A stretch of DNA of 64,000 bases from Diplonema japonicum (Eukaryota > Protista > Euglenozoa: Diplonemea): NCBI GenBank assembly GCA_964019335.1, contig OZ025741.1, positions 322,391-386,390 of the forward strand. The letters run 5' to 3'. Of the stretch, positions 58,347 to 64,000 are shown piece by piece; positions within the stretch are counted from its first letter, which is position 1, and each line of letters opens with the position of its first letter. Below the pieces are notes generated by a model. The model saw only the letters and a program-made list of their open reading frames with translations, was not told where the DNA came from and did not search any database. Position numbers and translations under genes: made by a program.

Positions 58347-60890
58347 AGAGAAAAGAAAATGGGGGAAACAAGTACCACTAGTGATTTCGATGGTCCATCT
58401 AAAACTTACGACCCAGTAGAAGGGGGAAAAAGGGGGGGAAATGGGAAGAAGGAGAGGGAGAGAGGGGATATTTTGCTTTTGTATTTTATATGGTGAGATC
58501 CCGCTCTTTTCCAACATCTTTTGTTTTTTTTTTTTGGTTTTTTTTTTTTTTTTTTTTTTTTTTTTCTTTTTTTCTCCTTTTTTTCTCTCTGACGTTTCTT
58601 TTTTTTTTTTCTTACCCTGCATTTTTTGATAAATCTGTGCAGCAAAATAGCAGAGGGGCGACTGTTCTTTTTTTTTTTCTTTTAAAAGTATCTTTTTTTT
58701 GCTGACGCAATAAAAAAAAAAAAGAGAAAAAAAAATGAGGGGGATTTTATTCTAATAAAAAAACACACTTTTTGCTTCATGCATATAATATAAAAGATAG
58801 CGAGAATTTTTTTTTTTTGGTCTGATTTTTTTTTTTTTTTCCGTTTTATTACAGGAGGGGTTTTTTTTTCTTTTTTTTTCTGGTACAAGCCCTTGATCAG
58901 GCTGTCCCCCCTAATTTTTTTGCCTCTTGTTTACTTTAAATATTTCGACTTCAAAAAAATTGCTCGGGGGTTTTGGAGAAAAAAAAGGGCGGGGGGAGGC
59001 AACGGTGGGGGTTGCACTATTCATTATAAAAGGCACTTACCCACAATCGCAAGGCAGAGAGGGGGGATATAAAAATAAAAGATGGGAGGGACAAGGAAAG
59101 GTGGCCAAAAGCTCTAACAACTCCGGGTGGGGACAAGAAAGGAAAAAGAAAAGGAGGAAAGAAAAGGAAGGGACACCCCCTTCTCCTTCCCTCCTCTGAC
59201 TTTTTTTTGTTTCTTTTCTCTTTTTTTTACTTTTTTTTTTTTTTTTCCCTCCGTTCTTTCCAAAGAAAAATTTAAAAAAAAAAAAAAATGAACATAGAAT
59301 CAAGAAGGGAGGGAGCCATGAAAGGGGAGGGGGTCCAAAGGAACCAGCAACAAACCCTTTTAAACCCCTTCCAGCACCCTCCCCTTTGTTTTCTTCCCTT
59401 GCAGTGGGGGATTTGTATAAGCATAGGAGGCAGAAGGAATGGAGGAAGACATAAAGGAGGAAAAATATAAAAAGAAAGGGGGGGGGGGAAGAAAAAAAAA
59501 CAGGATTTTCCCATTGTCCTCAGGGTCGATAGTTGCTTGTCAACGTGGTGAAGACTTGATGTGGGGGGGGGGGAGGGTGGCAGGGGTAGGGGAAAGGCAA
59601 CAGATTAAAAAAGAAGGAAAAAAAAAAAAAAAAAAAAAAAAAAAAAGCAAAAGAGGGGTGGGGAGGGAAACAGAAAAAAAAAAAAATAAAAATAAAAATA
59701 AAAATAAAAATAAAAATAAAAACCCCTCTCTTATTTTCTTTTTTCTTCTTCTTGTGTAACCGCTCAGCATCCCCTCCTCAGGGACACCTCGGACACTTTA
59801 TGTATGAAAGACCCATCCGTCTCTCTATTCGATATGTTCTTTCTTCTTTTTTTTTTTTTTTTTTGTCTTTCTGCAGTTTGACATACTGCCGCCGTGTTGC
59901 TACAGCATTTTGCTCTTTCTTTTGATAGAAAAATTTAAAAAAAAAAAAATAGGTATGAAGATTGCTTTTTTTTTTTCCCCCTTCCCCCCCCATCCTTTTT
60001 TTTCTTTTTTTTTCTCCCACACATCCCACTAAAAAAAAAAAAAAAAAAAAAATTGTATCATCACGTATTTGCCTTTTTTTTTTTTTTTCCAAATTTAATA
60101 AAAGGGTTTGTTGTTGTGGCCATTCCAGTGCTTTACTTTCCACTGTGAAAATGTCGGCGCAAACTTGGCATTGCCAGTCTGAAACAAAGATGAATCGGGC
60201 TTCGAGCCTTGTTGATGAGACAGTTATGTTTTACTGTGGGAAGGTGCATGCAAGATGACCCCACAGCCACAATGAGAGTGACTCAAGTGACAAAAAAAAA
60301 AAGGGTGAGATAATCTAATTAGTTCAAGGGGAAGAACTTGCAGGTTTATATTCTGAGAATAATGGCACTGAGGGGGAGAAGAGGGGGGGGGGATAAAAGA
60401 AAAATATTTTCTTCCCCCATAGAAATAATGAAGAGGAGTGACAGCCTCTCGAACAAATTAACCAAGAGAAAAATATTAAAAAAAAAAAATAAATAAAAAA
60501 ATAAAAAATAAAGAAATGCAGCCTTGTTTTGGACTACGGTGGGGGAGGGAAAGGAAGTGGATGGGAGATTTGATTTTTTTTTTCTTCTTCTTTGGATGCA
60601 GAATAAATCGATTTAAAAAAAAAAAAAAAAAAAAAAAAAGGAAAGAAAAAGGTTTCTTTTTTTCCCTCGTTTTCTTTTTTTTTCTTTTTTTTTTTTTTTT
60701 TGGTTTGTGTGTGTTTTGTTCAAAAGTTCTTTTTTCGAAAAGAAAGAAAAAAAGAAGAAAAATAATTGGAGGGGGTAGGGGGTCATATTAGCCTTAAAAA
60801 CGTCGAAAAAAAAGTCACTTTTTTCAGTTTTGCCAAAAAAAAAATAAAGAAAAAAAAAAAAAAAAAAAAGGGTTTCTATGACCCCCTCCC

Positions 60891-61109
60891 CAGGGCTATG
60901 TTGGCAAGAAACGGGGAAACGTTTCCGTTTCCGTTTCCTTATTTTTCAGATACTTAAGGAAACGCGTTTCCTTCTCCAGAGGGAAACATGTTCCCTTCTT
61001 AAAGAAACGGCCCCAAAAATAAGAAAACGTTTCTGTTTTCCTTATTTCAAAAAGAAAAAAAAAGAAAAAGAAAATCTTAGAAACGCGTTTCCTTGCCAAC
61101 ATAACCCTG
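60891..61109. mobile_element. MITE (219 bp), TIR CAGGG(C/T)TATGTTGGCAAG
   Basis: Inverted termini; internal GAAACG/CGTTTC repeats; second copy at ~37105-37263; no TSD recognised. Confidence 0.78.
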
Positions 61110-61154
61110 GGGGGGGGGGGAGAAAAGATGAAGGGGAAAGCGAAGAAGAAAAAA

Positions 61155-61185
<31 letters not shown>

Positions 61186-61682
61186 GGGTAAGAGTAGGAA
61201 GTCGGAATTTTTCTACCAGTTTTCTTGTGATCTTGTGAGTGACCTTGCCTTTTATAACATTACTAGTTGCCACCATATCTCTATTTTTATTTTCCCTTTC
61301 ACGGGCAACCAGAAAACCTTAGGCCACTTTATTCCCTTCTTTTTTTTAATAAGACCTTTAACAATTACACTGGAAGAAAGAAGAAAAATAAAAACTGAAG
61401 ACGAAGAAGGGGGGGGGGGGATAAAAGTAAAAGAAATTCATTTTCTGCACACCTGACGGTCTTGGATCCTGGGGTTTGCATGGGCACGTAGAAAGTCGAA
61501 AATTCATTTCATATTAAAAGAAACCTCAAAAGGGTAATAAGCACTCTTCCCTCCCAAAAGAATTCTGTAGGGGTACATAAAGCCCCTCCACAAGGCCCAA
61601 CCCCCCCCCCCCCCCCCCCACTCATTTCTCATTCTCATTTCACGCCCTTTTGCAGATTTTTTTTTTAAAGTTTTTTTTTTAA

Positions 61683-62407
61683 CCGGATTTGTACTTATAT
61701 TGTTATGTGAAAAGTCCCAAATTGGGTAAAAAATTCGAAAAAGGTACATAATATCTACAGAACACCATTAAAACAGAACATAAAATTTACAAAAGTAAAA
61801 AAAAAATACTGGAAAATATCCCTAAAAATATATAATCCCAAGACAAAAACAAACCGGGGGGGGGGGGGTATTACCGCAATTCTAGTTCACTATTGCCCAG
61901 TCCTACACGTAGCGTCGCAGGACCGGCAGACCCTCCCGCGGGTGCTCATGTCATGCTCACCAGAGCATTCCGTGCACTCCCACCCTGGTCTCTCCGGGTT
62001 GCGCTGCAGTTGGGCAGGGCACCCTCGTCACGTTGTTCGCTGGCTTGGGGTCACCTGGCTTGGTCTTAGGGCTGGGCTTCTTGGTCAGGCATTTCTTCTT
62101 CTTCTTCTTCTGCTTCTTCGTCAGAAGAAGGCGCATCAGAAATGGCCAGCCTGCTGAACATCCGTGTCTTCGGGTGCTGGTTCCGGGTCGACTGACAGTC
62201 CCAATGGCTCCAATGGATCAATCTCCATCAGGGTCAACTCCTGCATCTGCATCGGCAGGCCAAAAATAATAAAAATAGTTTATTTGTATTGTTCTGTAAA
62301 AAGTCCCAAGTTGGGTCCAAAAAATCCGAAAAAAAGGTACATAATTTATACAGTACACTAAATTCCCAGACCATTATTAAAACTGAACAATATAAATACA
62401 AATCCGG
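61683..62407. mobile_element. TIR element enclosing a GC-rich gene-like fragment
   Basis: CCGGATTTGTACTTATATTGTT ... AACAATATAAATACAAATCCGG|TA; two ~120-bp related blocks flank 61890-62260. Confidence 0.65.
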
Positions 62408-62760
62408 TATAAAAAAAAAAAAGAAGAAGAAAAATAAAAAAAAACGCTCGCTGGTCATACTTTTTTTTTTTTCCTCGGAAGGGACAATAAAAAAACAAAA
62501 AAAAAGGGGGGGGATATCTAATGAGGCAAGTGTTTCCCCAAGTAACCACTTTTTTTTTTTTTTTCCTCTTCGTTTCTTTTGTGGGGAGGGAACGGGAAGG
62601 AGAGAAAAAAAAATTTTTTTTTCGTTTTTATTTTTTTTATTTTTTTTGTAAGTCAACCGAGACATCATGGGACGTTGTCTGAACAAACTGTGGCAAGGGG
62701 GGGTGGTGGGGGCAAAGTCACTATCTTTTTTTTTTCTTTTTTTCTTTTGCTGACAATCCG

Positions 62761-62794
<34 letters not shown>

Positions 62795-63930
62795 CCCCCC
62801 CCCCCCCCAGGGTTCAAGATCAGGAAACATTTCAAACCGAACCACGATTTCGTTTGTCTCTCTTCTCTTCTTCACCCGAAAAAAAAAAAAAAAAAAAAAA
62901 AAAACAGAGGGGTGATGCTGTTCCAAGCCCTAGGGGGTATACAAGAAAAAGAGAAGAGAGAGAGAGAAAAAAAAATACCGCAAGAAAGCAAGAAAGGGGA
63001 AAAACTCTCCAAAGGGGTGCATGGTATAGAATAAGCTTTTGACAAAAAAAATTCGCCGTCGGGGGGGGCTTCAAGAACTTCTTTTCTTTCTTTCTTTCTT
63101 TCTTTCTTTCTTTTTTTTTTTTTTTTTTTTTTTTTTTTGGAAGTAATCTGTCGAAATACTTCAGATGTTTTGAGTAATATAGAAACGGGAAAAAAAAGAA
63201 GAGAAAGTTCAATATATGGTTGCTCCCATCACGGGTGGGCACTTTTTTTTTCTTCTTTTTCTTCCCGCGATTTTTTTTTTTCCCCTAGCATCAGGGCGTC
63301 ACCAAACCCTCTATATCTGGCAGGCAAAATCTTCAAGGGGGATGGGGGGGGGGGGGGGGGGAGTGATGACAATAGTTTTATTTTTTTCCCCTCTTTTTTT
63401 TTTTTGCTGCTTTTTTTTTTTTTTTTTTTTTTCAAATATGGCGCCAACTTTCCAAAAGTCATTCACTACTAAATGGAGAACGAGAAAAAAAAAAAAAAAA
63501 CATTGTAGGTACGAAAATCTAGAGCATGACAAATATTGTTTTGGGGGGGATGAGCCAAAAGAATCCAGGGTCACTAGCTTTTTTACTTATGATTTTTTTT
63601 CCCCCCCTTCTCTTTAGTGAAATAAGTGACGGCTGGAAATTTATGGCCATATAAAAGAAAAGGGGAAAGAGAAAGAGAAGGAATAAGAAAAAAGAAAGAA
63701 AAAAAGACAGGAGGGATGGTCAAACTCCTGTTTGGTTCCTTCCTCCCTCTGGGGCCGTAGTTTCTCCCAATGAAAAAGAAGAGAATAAAAAAAAAAAAAA
63801 AAGGAGAAGAAAAAAAGGGGGGAAGAAGAAATATTGTTATGAATGGGGAAAAAAAAGAAAAAGATTTTTTTCTTCATACCATTTCAAGGTTTCTGTCTTC
63901 CTTTTTAGAGGTGAAGGGTGAATTCAAAGG

Positions 63931-63973
<43 letters not shown>

Positions 63974-64000
63974 AGCTAAGGCAAAGTCCACCCGACACAC

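Noticed and set aside
57640-64000. Poly-Lys/poly-Phe ORFs, and similar N-terminal extensions on real genes
   Set aside because: They are translations of A/T homopolymer tracts; starts were moved to the ATG after the tract
1-64000. tRNA or rRNA genes, and prokaryotic operon or defence systems
   Set aside because: None recognised by eye; the genes are eukaryotic and contain introns. A tRNAscan or Rfam search was not possible

Overview
Gene-dense eukaryotic genomic DNA. It is most likely a euglenozoan protist such as a diplonemid (inference: class XIII-type myosin, kinetoplastid-like NIF phosphatase, every host gene on one strand, yet frequent cis-spliced introns). About 19 protein-coding genes lie on the minus strand between 1 and 57.6 kb: TOR (partial), a myosin, a retropepsin-like protease, Mpv17/PMP22, a TM + GFGQ-repeat protein, CLEC16A/TT9, MFSD13A, two NIF/CTD phosphatases, a Kv channel, two GPR107/GOST-like proteins, a multi-TM protein, a secreted orphan, a PDZ/SAM/NPF/FG scaffold, an SH3-like protein, a ZIP transporter and a 3-RRM protein. 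Intergenic DNA is rich in homopolymers and carries decayed piggyBac and pogo transposons plus several MITE or foldback families. Many ORFs that the track shows separately join in frame across short (35-90 nt) GT-AG introns with A-rich rather than pyrimidine-rich 3' ends. The best candidate for a novel system is the myosin: two phase-compatible introns fuse the motor-IQ-SAH/coiled-coil ORF to a downstream ORF carrying a mono-ADP-ribosyltransferase (ART)-like domain, giving a ~1472 aa myosin-ART. Also notable are a hairpin plus an identical 32-nt motif shared by two otherwise divergent intergenic islands, and a TIR element enclosing a GC-rich gene-like fragment. All splice models and family calls were made by eye and have not been checked by database search or RNA-seq.
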